From the NCBI GenBank assembly GCA_002269645.1, contig NIVC01001321.1, positions 214,858-278,857 of the forward strand: 64,000 nucleotides of DNA, given 5' to 3'. The position numbers and the translations under genes are program-made. This DNA comes from Macrostomum lignano (taxonomy: Eukaryota). Position 1 is the first letter of the stretch. Each line of letters opens with the position of its first letter. The notes under the pieces are model-generated. The model made no database searches. It saw only the letters and a program-made list of their open reading frames with translations, and was not told where the DNA came from. Of this stretch, positions 51,924 through 63,402 are shown piece after piece.

Positions 51924-54900
51924 CTAGCAATCTTCGCCCCCCGATGGGGGACATCTGGATAGAATCTCTGTTCTCTACAAGTAACAAAAAGACAGCCAAA
52001 AAATCCTTCACAAAGACAACAGACAAACTGCTCAAATGAAGTGAATTGCAATAAGAAATCATCCCAAGACCACAAGCATCCCCCAGATAGCAAGCATCCT
52101 CCAGATAGCAAGCATTCCCCCAGATAGCAAGCATTCCCCAGATAGCAAGCATCCCTCAAATAGCAAGCATCCTCCAGATAGCAAGCATCCCCCAGATAGC
52201 AAACATCCCCAGATAGCAAGCATCCTCCAGATAGCAAGCATTCCCCCAGATAGCAAGCATTCCCCAGATAGCAAGAATCCCTCAAATAGCAAGCATCCTC
52301 CAGATAGCAAGCATCCCCCAGATAGCAAACATCCCCCAGATAGCAAGCATCCTCCAGATAGCAAGCATCCCCCAGATAGCAAGCATCCTCCAGATAGCAA
52401 GCATCCTCCAGATAGCAAGCATCCCCCAGATAGCAAACATCCCCCAGATAGCAAACATCCCCCAGATAGCAAGCATCCTCCAGATAGCAAGCATCCCCCA
52501 GATAGCAAGCATCCTCCAGATTGCAAGCATCCCCCAGATAGCAAGCATCCCCCAGATTGCAAGCATCCTCCAGATAGCAAGCATCCCCCAGATAGATAGC
52601 ATCCCCAAATAGCAAGCATCCACCAGACAATAAGTAGCTAGTGCGACAATTTTCTTAGCTTTATAGTAGCTCCTTTAAATTGGCATGGCGCTTTATACCT
52701 TTACATTTGAAATTGTATATCTTGAATGTTTGACATGGTGGCTCTTTATGTTTGACGTAGTGGCTCTTTAATGTTTGACATGGTAACTCTTTTATGTTTG
52801 ATATGGTGGCTCTTTTATGTTCGACATGGTGGCTCTTTAATGTTCGACATAGTAGCTCTTTAATTTTTGACATGGTAGCTCTTTAATTTTCGAATGGTGG
52901 CTGTTTTATGTTTGACATGGTGGCTTTTTAATGTTCGACATGGTGGCTCTTTTAGGTTTGAAACGGTGGCTCTTTAATGTTTGACATGGTGGCTCTTTTA
53001 GGTTTGAAATGGAGGCTCTTTAATGCTTGACAAGGTGGCTCTTTAATGTTTGACATGGTGGCTCTTTAATGTTTGACATGGTGGCTCTTTAATGTTTGAC
53101 ATGGTGGCTCCTTTAGGTTTGAAATGGTGGCTCTTTAATTTTCGAAATGGTGGCTCTTTAATGTTCGACATGGTGTCTGTTTTATGTTTGACATGGTGGC
53201 TCTTTAATGTTCGACATGGTGGCTCTTTAATGTTCGACATGGTCTGTTTTATGTTTGACATGGTGGCTCTTTAATGTTTGACATGGTGGCTCTTTAATTA
53301 TTAACATGGAAACTCTTTTATGTTTGATATGGTGCATACATGCGCAACTTTGGGAATCACCCGGCCGTTTCTATTGGCAACACACACATGTAAGTCGCTA
53401 TTGGCTGAGAGCAGTCACGTGACTACTACTCCGTCCAATAGCGACTTACATGTGTGTGTTGCCAATAGAAACGGCCGAGTGAATCCCCAGGTTGCGCCCA
53501 TGCATGATATGGTGGCTCTTTTATGTTCGACATGGTGGCTCCTTTAGGTTTGAAATGGTGGCTCTTTAATGTTTGACATGGTGGCTCTTTTAGGTTTGAC
53601 ATGGTGGCTCTTTAATGTTCGACATGGTGGCTCCTTTAGGTTTGAAATGGTGGCTCTTTAATGTTTGACATTGTGGCTCTTTAATGTTTGACATTGTGGC
53701 TCTTTAATGTTTGACATGGTGGCTTTTTAATGTTCGACATGGTGGCTCTTTTAGGTTTGAAACGGTGGCTCTTTAATGTTTGACATGGTGGCTCTTTTAG
53801 GTTTGAAATGGTGGCTCTTTAATGCTTGACAAGGTGGCTCTTTAATGTTTGACATGGTGGCTCTTCAATGTTCGACATGGTGGCTCTTTAATGTTTGACA
53901 TGGTAACTCTTTTATGTTTGATATGGTGGATTTTTAATGTTCGACATGGTGGCTCTTTAATGTTTGACATGGTGACTCTTTAATGTTTCACATGGTGGCT
54001 TTTTAATGTTCGAGATGGTGGCTCTTTAATGTTCGACATGGTGGCTCCTTTAGGTTTGAAATGGTGGCTCTTTAATGTTTGACATTGTGGCTCTGTAATG
54101 TTTGACATGGTGGCTCTTTAATGCTTGACAAGGTGGCTCTTTAATGTTTGACATTGTGGCTCTTTAATGTTTGACATGGTGGCTCTTTAATGTTCGACAT
54201 GGTGGCTCTTTAATGTTTGACATGGTAACTCTTTTATGTTTGATATGGTGGCTTTTTAATGTTCGACATGGTGGCTCTTTAATGTTTTACATGGTGGCTT
54301 TTTAATGTTCGACATGGTGGCTCTTTTAGGTTTGAAACGGTGGATCTTTAATGTTTGACATGGTGGCTCTTTAATGTTTGACATGGTGGCTTTTCTATGT
54401 TTGACATGGTGGCTCTTTAATGTTTGACATGGTGGCTCTTTAATGTTCGACATGGTGGCTCTTTAATGTTTGACATGGTGGCTCTTTAATGTTTGACATG
54501 GTGGCTCTATAATGTTTAACATGGTGGCTCTTTAATGTTTGACATGGTTGCTTTTCTATGTTCGACATGGTGGCTCTTTAATGTTCTTAATGGTGTGTGT
54601 TTTATGTTTGACATGGTGGCTTTTTAATGTTCCACATGGTGGCTCTTTAATGTTTGACATGGTGGCTCTTTAATGTTTGACATGGTGGCTTTTTAATGTT
54701 TGAAATGGTGGCTTTTCTATGTTTGACATGGTGGCTCTTATATGATTGACATGGTGGCTTTTTAATGTTCGACATGGTGGCTCTTTAATGTTCGACATGG
54801 TGGCTCTTTAATGTTTGACATGGTAACTCTTTTATGTTTGATATGGTGGCTTTTTAATGTTCGACATGGTGGCTCTATAATGTTTAACATGGTGGCTCTT

Positions 54901-56964
54901 TAATGTTTGACATGGTTGCTTTTCTATGTTCGACATGGTGGCTCTTTAATGTTCTTAATAGTGTGTGTTTTATGTTTGACATGGTGGCTTTTTAATGTTC
55001 CACATGGTGGCTCTTTAATGTTTGACATGGTGGCTCTTTAATGTTTGACATGGTGGCTTTTCTATGTTTGACATGGTGGCTCTTTAATGTGTGACATGGT
55101 GGCTTTTTAATGTTCGACATGGTGGCTCTTTAATGTTTGACATGGTGGCTCTTTAATGTTTGACATGGTGGCTCTATAATGTTTAACATGGTGGCTCTTT
55201 AATGTTTGACATGGTTGCTTTTCTATGTTCGACATGGTGGCTCTTTAATGTTCTTAATGGTGTGTGTTCTATGTTCGACATGGTGGCTCTTTAATGTTCT
55301 TAATGGTGTGTGTTTTATGTTTGACATGGTGGCTTTTTAATGTTTGAAATGGTGGCTTTTCTACGTTTGACATGGTGGCTCTTTTATGTTTGACATGGTG
55401 GCTTTTTAATGTTCGACATGGTGGCTCTTTAATGTTTGACATGGTAACTCTTTTATGTTTGATATGGTGGCTTTTTAATGTTCGACATGGTGGCTCTTTA
55501 ATGTTCGACATAGTGGCTCTTTTAGGTTTGAAATGGTGGCTCTTTAATGTTTGACATGGTGGCTCTTTAATGTTTGACATGGTGGCTTTTCTATGTTTGA
55601 CATGGTGGCTCTTTAATGTGTGACATGGTGGCTTTTTAATGTTCGACATGGTGGCTCTTTAATGTTTGACATGTTGGCTCTTTTATGTTTGACATGGTGG
55701 CTCTATAATGTTTGACATGGTGGCTCTTTAATGTTTGACATGGTTGCTTTTCTATGTTCGACATGGTGGCTCTTTAATGTTTGACATGGTTGTTTTTCTA
55801 TGTTTGACATGGTGGCTCTTTTATGTTTGACATGGTAGCTTTTTAATGTTCGAGATGGTGGCTCCTTTAGGTTTGAAATGGTGGCTCTTTAATGTTTGAC
55901 ATGGTGGCTCTTTAATGTTTGACATGGTGGCTCTTTAATGTTTGACATGGTGGCTTTTTTACGTTTGACATGGTGGCTCTTTTATGTTTGACATGGTGGC
56001 TTTTTAATGTTCGACATGGTGGCTCTTTAATGTTTGACATGGTGGCTCTTTAATGTTCGAGATGGTGGCTCTTTTAGGTTTGAAATGGTGGCTCTTTAAT
56101 GTTCGAGATGGTGGCTCCTTTAGGTTTGACATGGTGACTCTTTAATGTTTGACATGGTGGCTCTTTAATGTTCGAGATGGTGGCTCTTTTAGGTTTGAAA
56201 TGGTGGCTCTTTAATGTTTGACATGGTGGCTCTTTAATGTTCGACATGGTGGCTCTTTAATGTTTGACATGGTGGCTCTTTAATGTTTCACATGGTGGCT
56301 TTTCTATGTTTGACGTGGTGGCTCTCTTATGTTTGACATGGTGGCTCTTTTATTGCGCTTCTTTTATGTTTAGCAGTTTTTTGTTTTTAAGGTGTTTTAA
56401 TAAAAAAATTATTTTGCGCTACTAAGATTCGAACCCTTGTCGCTACATTAGCAGTCCAGTCTGTTCGCATCTAGGCTATCTCTTTTTAATTGGAGAATAT
56501 GAATTGTGGCCCTTATAATTCAATTCTTACAGCAAGTCAATTGGAGTAAAAAGTTATGACATAATCAATTTCTCAGTCAGCCAGTATCAGTCTCAATTTA
56601 AGTTAGCAATATGGTTACGCAATTTTAATCAAGTATTGTGTGCGTTTCTGTGGCACTGTTTTCAACTTGTTGTGATGCAATCTTTATCACAATCGGAATT
56701 CAGTCAGTCAGTTTTTTTCTAGCATTCTTACAATGTATTTCAAGTCGAAAATTTGGCTTGACCTTTGCAAAAAAGCATGTTTTTCGAATATTTAATCCCT
56801 TTAACATTGAGCAATTTCTTAGCCAAGATGCATGTACCGTCCCAGGAAAATTTCTGATCGAATGGTGCAAGTTTGAAGAAAATCGGTTAAACCAATTTTT
56901 CTGAAATCTATCGCATACCCACATACCCACATACCCACAGACAACTCATTTTTAGTATATAGGA
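51924..56964 (-). mobile_element. Helitron-like unit H6 (H1 subfamily; contains the MITE)
   Basis: GA|CTAG + hairpin; 3.6-kb 23-bp array; ends CAGACAACTCATTTTTAGTATATAGGA. Confidence 0.8.
53335..53506. mobile_element. 172-bp fold-back MITE with 8-bp TSD (ATATGGTG)
   Basis: TSD at 53327-53334 and 53507-53514; termini CATACATG...CATGCATG; perfect 43-bp inverted arms at 53362-53404 and 53435-53477. Confidence 0.9.
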
Positions 56965-59900
56965 AGCAATCTTCGCCCCCCGATGGGGGACATCTAAATA
57001 GAATATCTGTTCTCTAAAAGTAACAAAAAGACAGCGAAATAAAGCTTTCACAAAGACAACAGACATTCCATCTGTAAAGAAAACATCCCCAGACAGCATG
57101 CAAGCATCTCCCAGATAGCATGCAAGCATCTCCCAGATAGCAAGCATCCCCCAAATAGCAAGAATCCCCCAGATAGCAAGCATCCCCAGACAGCATGCAA
57201 GCATCTTCCAGATAGCAAGCATCCCCCAGATAGCAAGCATCCCCAGATAGCACGAATCCCCCAGATATAGCAAGCATCCCCAGACAGCACTCAAGCATCC
57301 CCCAGATAGCAAGAATCCCCCAGATAGCAAGCATCCCCAGACAGCATGCAAGCATCCCCCAGATAGCAAGCATCTCCCAGATAGCAAGAATCGCCCAGAT
57401 AGCAAGCATCCCCAGACAGCATGCAAGCATCCCCAGACAGCATGCAACCATCCCCCAGATAGCAAGCATCCCTGGATACAAAGAATCCTTATAGATAGCT
57501 AGCAACCCCCTCTCAGATAGCAAGTACCCTCCACTCCCCAAGAGCAAGCATCCCCCAATAGCAAGTTACCCCAGATAGCAAGCATTCTTCCGATAGCAAG
57601 CATCCCTCCCCCCAATAGCAAGCATCACTCAGATAGCAAGCATCCCCCTGATAGCAAGTATCCATCCTTAAATAGCAAGCATCCACCAGACATCAAGTAG
57701 CTAGTGCAATAATTTCCTTAGCTTTATAGTGGCTCCATTTTGTTTGGCATGACACTTCTTTTTATGTTTGACATGGTGGCTCTTCTATGTTTGACATGAA
57801 CACATGGTGTCTCTTCTATGTTTGACATGGTGGCTCTTCTATGTTTGACATGGTAGCTCTTTAATGTTTGACATGGAGTCACGTATATGTTTGACATAGT
57901 GGCTCTTTAATGATTGACATCGTGGTTCTTTAATGTTTGACATGGTGGCTCTTTAATGTTTGACATGGTGTCTCTGTTATGTTTGACATGATGGCTCAGT
58001 TGTTCGACATGGTGTCTCTTCTATGTTTGACATGGTGGCTCTTTTGTGTTTGACATTGTGGCTCTTTAATGTTTGACATGGTGGCTCTTCTATGTTTGAC
58101 ATGGTAGCACTTTAATCTTCGACATGGTGGCTCTTTATTTTTGACATTGTGGCTCTTTAATGTTTGATATGGAGTAATGTATATGCTTGACGTGGTGGTT
58201 CTTTTATGGTTGACATGGTGGCTTTTTTATGTTTGACACGGCGGCTCTTTTATGTTTGGCATGGTGGCTCTTTTATGTTCGACATGGTGGCTCAATAATG
58301 TTCGACATGGTGGCTCTTTTATGTTTGACATGGTGGCTCTTTTATGTTCGACATGGTGGCTCTTTTATGTTTGACATGCTGGCTCTTTTATGTTTGGCAT
58401 GGTGGCTCTTTAATGTTTGGCATGGTGGCTCTTTAATGTTTGACATTGTAGTTCTTTTATGTTTGATATGGTGGCTCTTTTATGTTCGACATGGTGGCTC
58501 TTTAATGTTCGACATGGTGGCTCTTTTAGGTTTGAAATGGTGGCTCTTTTGTGTTTGACATTGTGGCTCTTTAATGTTTCACATGGTGGCTCTTCTATAT
58601 TTGACATGGTAGCACTTTAATCTTCGACATGGTGGCTCTTTAATTTTTGACATTGTGGCTCTTTAATGTTTCACATAGTGGCTCTTTAATTTTTGACATT
58701 GTGGCTCTTTAATGTTTGACATGGTGGCTCTTTTATGTTTGACATTGTGGCTCTTTAATGTCTGACATGGTGGCTCAATAATGTTTGACATGCTGGCTCT
58801 TTAATGTTTTACATGATGGCTCTTTAATATTTGACATGGAGGCCCTTTTATGTTCGACATGGTGGCTCTTCAATGTTTGACATGGTACCTCTTTTATGTT
58901 CGACATAGTGGCTCTTTAATGTTTGACATGGTGACTCTTTTATGTTCTACATGGTGGCTCTTTAATGTTTGATAAGGTGGCTCTTTAATGTTCTTAATGG
59001 TGTCTGTTTTATGTTTGACATGGTGGCTCTTTAATGTTTGATAAGGTGGCTCTTTAATGTTCTTAATGGTGTCTGTTTTATGTTTGACATGGTGGCTCTT
59101 TTATGTTTGACATGGTGGCTCTTTAATGTTTTACATGGTGGCTCTTTTATGTTCTACATGGTAGATCTTTTATGTTCGACATGGTGGCTCTTTAATGTTT
59201 GATAAGGTGGCTCTTTAATGTTCGACATGGTGGCTCTTTTAGGTTTGAAATGGTGGCTCTTTTATGTTTGACATGGTGGCTTTTTAATGTTCGACATGTT
59301 GGCTCTTTAATGTTCTTTATGGTGTCTGTTTTATGTTTGACATGGTGGCTCTTTAATGTTTTGACATGGTGGCTCTTTTATGTTCTTGATGGTGTCTGTT
59401 TTATGTTTGACATGGTGGCTTTTTAATGTTCGACATGGTGGCTCTTTAATGTTCTTAATGGTAACTCTTTTTTTTGTTCGAAATAGTGGCTCTTTTATGT
59501 TTGACATTGCGCTTCTTTTATGTTTAGCAGTTTTTTGTTTTTAAGGTGTTTTAATAAAAAAATCATTTTGCGCTACTAAGATTGGAACCCAGGTCGCTAC
59601 ATTAGTAGTCCAGTCTGTTCACATCTAGGCTATCTTTTTTCAATTGGAGCACATGAATTGTGGCCCTTATAATTCAATTCTTACAGCAAGTCGGTTAGAG
59701 TAAAAATTTATGACATAATCAATTTCTCAGTCAGCCAGTATCAGTCTTAATTTAAGTTAGCAATATTGTTGCGCAATTTTAATCAAGTCTTGTGTGCGTT
59801 TCTGTGGCACTGTTTTCACCTTGTTGTGATGCAATCTTTATCAGAATTGAAATTCAGCCAGTCAGTTTTTTCTCTAGCATTCTTACAATGCATTTCAAGT

Positions 59901-60187
59901 CGAAAATTTTGCTTGACCTTTGCAAAAAAGCATGTTTTTCGAATATTTAATCCCTTTAACATTGAGCAATTTCTTAGCCAAGATGCATGTACCGTCCCAG
60001 GAAAATTTCTGATCGAATGGTGCAAGTTTGAAAAAAATCGGTTGAGCCAATTTTTCTGAAATCAATCGCATACCCATATACATACATACTTTGAATCTTT
60101 TGGCGAAAACGCGATGAAAATCGGTGAAGAATTGCAATCTGTAGAGCGTTATGGACATACAAATATTAGAGATTTAGTATATTTAGA
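56965..60187 (-). mobile_element. Helitron-like unit H7 (H1 subfamily; junction lacks the CT of CTAG; foreign 5' end)
   Basis: AGCAATCTTCGCCCCCCGATGGGGG start; ends AGATTTAGTATATTTAGA|T at 60187. Confidence 0.75.
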
Positions 60188-60367
60188 TTATTAATCATGA
60201 CACACTTATTTTTTGCTTTATCATAGAAATCATAGAAAATTCTATTAAAAGCTCCTCTAGATATTATTTTCCGAATGCTGAAGCTTAGCTGAAACAGAAT
60301 GCGATTTAGTTTGAATTAATTTGATTCAGAATTCGGCTGCCCTCAACCATTCCCACTCTTTTGCCAG

Positions 60368-60636
60368 GCGTCTGGTGTGAAAATTCTCGACGAAGTGCTG
60401 CAGGCCTTCAATGAGGTGAAGACACGGCACACGAGCCGCTACCTGCTGCTCGGCCTGATGAACAGCGACCGCGAGATTGGCGTTCTGAAGAAGGCGCCGT
60501 TGACGGCACCATATGAGGAGTTCCTGGCGGATTTGAAGGCCTATCAAGACCAGGGCCGGGGAGTGTACGGAGTGTACGATATCGAGTACGAGCTGGAGTC
60601 GAAACAGAAGCGAAACAAGCTGGTCTTTGTGAGCTG
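60368..60636 (+). CDS. CFL: Cofilin/ADF, first visible coding exon (initiator ATG not adjacent)
   Basis: Acceptor CTTTTGCCAG|GCG TCT GGT GTG gives (M)ASGVKILDEV...YGVYDIEY...RNKLVFVSW; donor TG|GTGAGT. Confidence 0.9.
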
Positions 60637-60659
60637 GTGAGTAAATGAAATGCGTTGTG

Positions 60660-61460
60660 TACTGCAGTCACTCAGGTGTGTTACTACAGTCACTCAGGTG
60701 TGTTACAACAGTCACTCAGGTGTGCTACTACAGTCACTCAGGTGTGTTACAACAGTCACTCAGGTGTGTTACTACAGTCACTCAGGTGTGTTATTACAGT
60801 CACTCAGGTCGGTTACTACAGTCACTCAGGTGTGTTTCAACAGTCACTCAGGTGTGTTACTACAGTCACTCAGGTGTGTTACTACAGTCACTCAGGTGTG
60901 TTACTACAGTCACTCAGGTGTGTTACTACAGTCACTCAGGTGTGTTACTACAGTCACTCAGGTGTGTTACTACAGTCACTCAGGTGTGTTACAACAGTCA
61001 CTCAGGTGTGTTACTACAGTCACTCAGGTGTGTTACTACAGTCACTCAGGTGTGTTACTACAGTCACTCAGGTGTGTTACAATAGTCACTCAGGTGTGTT
61101 ACAACAGTCACTCAGATGTGTTACTACAGTCACTCAGGTGTGTTACTACAGTCACTCAGGTGTGTTACTACAGTCACTCAGGTGTGTTACTACAGTCACT
61201 CAGGTGTGTTACTACAGTCACTCAGGTGTGTTATTACAGTCACTCAGGTCGGTTACTACAGTCACTCAGGTGTGTTATTACAGTCACTCAGGTCGGTTAC
61301 TACAGTCACTCAGGTGTGTTTCAACAGTCACTCAGGTGTGTTACTACAGTCACTCAGGTGTGTTACTACAGTCACTCAGGTGTGTTACTACAGTCACTCA
61401 GGTGTGTTACTACAGTCACTCAGGTGTGTTACTACAGTCACTCAGGTGTGTTACTACAGC
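60660..61460. repeat. 22-bp minisatellite (CAGTCACTCAGGTGTGTTACTA)n in the cofilin intron
   Basis: About 36 copies. Confidence 0.97.
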
Positions 61461-61889
61461 CACCAAGGTATTTAAACAACTCGACTTATGGTTGTAAAGT
61501 TCCACATAAATACATATCTGCTGTACTAACGGCACTGAGGGTGTGTACACAGGTACAAGTATATGTACTTCAGTTGCTTATTTGGGTATATAAGTATTTT
61601 TTACTTCCGGGTACTAAAACATTTGTGCATTTGCTACTCAGATGTGCACTTGTGCAAAGATCTAGCCTATAAAACTATAAATATCTGTGCATAACGAGTG
61701 AAGAAGTCGAACCTACCGTACAGTGGAACCACAGCTAGCATTAGTACTGAGCTAAAGGAATCACAGGGGCAGAGCAACTTAGCCGCGTTTATTTTGGGTC
61801 CGTGAGCACGAAAATTGGCCGGCGGGTTGTTGTGCGTTTCACACCTATGCCTAGCAACAAAGAAGTCAGGGCAGCTGTGCACCCTTTTC

Positions 61890-61990
61890 ATTAGAGGCAG
61901 GGGGCTGTGTGCACCCTGGTGCACTTTAAGCGACATTGTCACACAACCGTCGAGAGGCATTACCGCCCATTCCGCCCACTCCCCTGAGCG
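61890..61990 (-). mobile_element. 5'-truncated copy of the SINE 3' body in the cofilin intron
   Basis: Clear by-eye similarity to 46482-46590 (TTAGAGGCAGGGGG..TGTGTGCACCCTGG...GCCCATTCCGCC.ACTCCCCTGAGC). Confidence 0.8.
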
Positions 61991-62080
61991 CACTTGCTCA
62001 GGAGTCAGCGGTTGTGGGGCGATGTTTAAAAAGCTTTTGAACAGGAATTTCATAAGTTCCACACCCGACCGGCATTACAG

Positions 62081-62252
62081 GGGCCCGGACAACCTGCCCA
62101 TCCGGCAGCGGATGCTCATCGCCTCCTCCAAGAACGACCTGCGTCGCAAGCTGCAGGGAGTTCACAAGGAGATGCAGGCCAGCGAGCTAGGCGAGATCAC
62201 CGAGGACTGCATGATCGAGGTGTGCAGGCAGGGCGACCTGGGCTCCAACTGA
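62081..62252 (+). CDS. CFL: Cofilin/ADF, last exon; total ~147 aa with Met
   Basis: Acceptor CATTACAG|G (TG|G = Trp); GPDNLPIRQRMLIASSKNDLRRKLQGVHKEMQASELGEI...*. Confidence 0.9.
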
Positions 62253-63402
62253 CCTTGGAGAGCTTGGACTTTGTAGCTAAGCGGCTCTCGGATTGAACTG
62301 GCGAGATAGAAAGTTTCCTGCTCAATTTCCTGGTCCTTGCATTTGAAATTGAGGCTGTAGGCAAAAAAAAGTGACAGTAAAATACAAAACGGATTATCTA
62401 CAGGTAGTTCGAAAAGCACAGAAAAGTTCCTATCTCGCCGAGTTTTGACTTCCTAAATTGAGAAGGGATGACTCCTTTTAAATTAAATACGCCCTTGAGA
62501 TCCCTTGTTAATGATTTCTATACTTTCGTGAGCATGGCGTTTCAGCAAACTGCTCTAGTGTCACGTGATGCTGTTTGAAACTATCGATAAAGGTTGCATT
62601 GATCACGCGACCAACGCGTGCGCTTGCCGTTCAAGGTCGAACAAACTTACAATAGCTAGCCATATAGAGAGTAAAAGTCACGCATGTACTTTTTCAATTT
62701 TGCTGTGTGCTTCGCTTTGAAAAGTTTCTGATAATAACCACTGTGGCCTTGCAATTCGCATCCGATGTCAGTTTTATGAGCTACAATTTTTACTGTCAAT
62801 CGATTACTTATCTAGCGGTGGCCAAGATTTTTTTGCGGCCTAATCTATTTACCCTCAAGCTCTGTTCAGTATTATCTGTATGCACCGACTCTGCCTTTGA
62901 TAGTAGTCTGTTTGGACTGATTTTCATTTTCATTTATCCTCAAAGTTTTTTTTTTCACTGCAGCATGTTTTGTTTTTGTTTTTGTTCTACTCATAGTAGA
63001 CTGCTGACAGCTTACTAATTAGCTTAATTAATATACACCAGTCAATCAACTTTTAGACACGTTTTGAAGTCACAAATCAAGTCTAATTAAATCTGCTTGG
63101 AATTTGTTTTCAACGTATTTGCAATTTTGAGTTGTGAAATTGTTTAAGTTTATTCTATGTATTTGTTAATTTTTACTCTTTAGCACATTTCGGGTTTCAC
63201 ACTTTAGGATGTAAGTAGATATTCATCAGAAGTCATCTGCTCTGTTTGTCAAGTAGACTCCGGAGCCATCAGATGATTGGCAATTTGCGTGTCGGTATGT
63301 CCAGGACTACATCCATGTCCGGGGTGCACCTGGGTAAGGTGTGTGAGAACTGCTGTATAATGTAGGCTCAGACCTGAGAATCTGTTGAACTGGGTTTGTG
63401 CT

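Noticed and set aside
35694-59426. GDACYL, MSNIKEPPC and KNPP ORFs as repeat proteins
   Set aside because: They are translations of the 18-bp, 23-bp and AAAGAATCCCC satellites, broken by frequent frameshifts.
38590-59633. Functional tRNA-Ser/Cys genes
   Set aside because: Acceptor and D stems do not pair, so these are reported only as tRNA-like cassettes.
35674-60187. Autonomous Helitron (RepHel) coding sequence
   Set aside because: No HUH Rep or PIF1 helicase motifs. The recurring short ORF (FAKKHVFRIFNPF) is conserved non-coding terminal sequence with variable stops.
63230-63390. Terminal exon of the right-edge gene
   Set aside because: Two alternative acceptors give different short frames; it cannot be assigned without transcripts.
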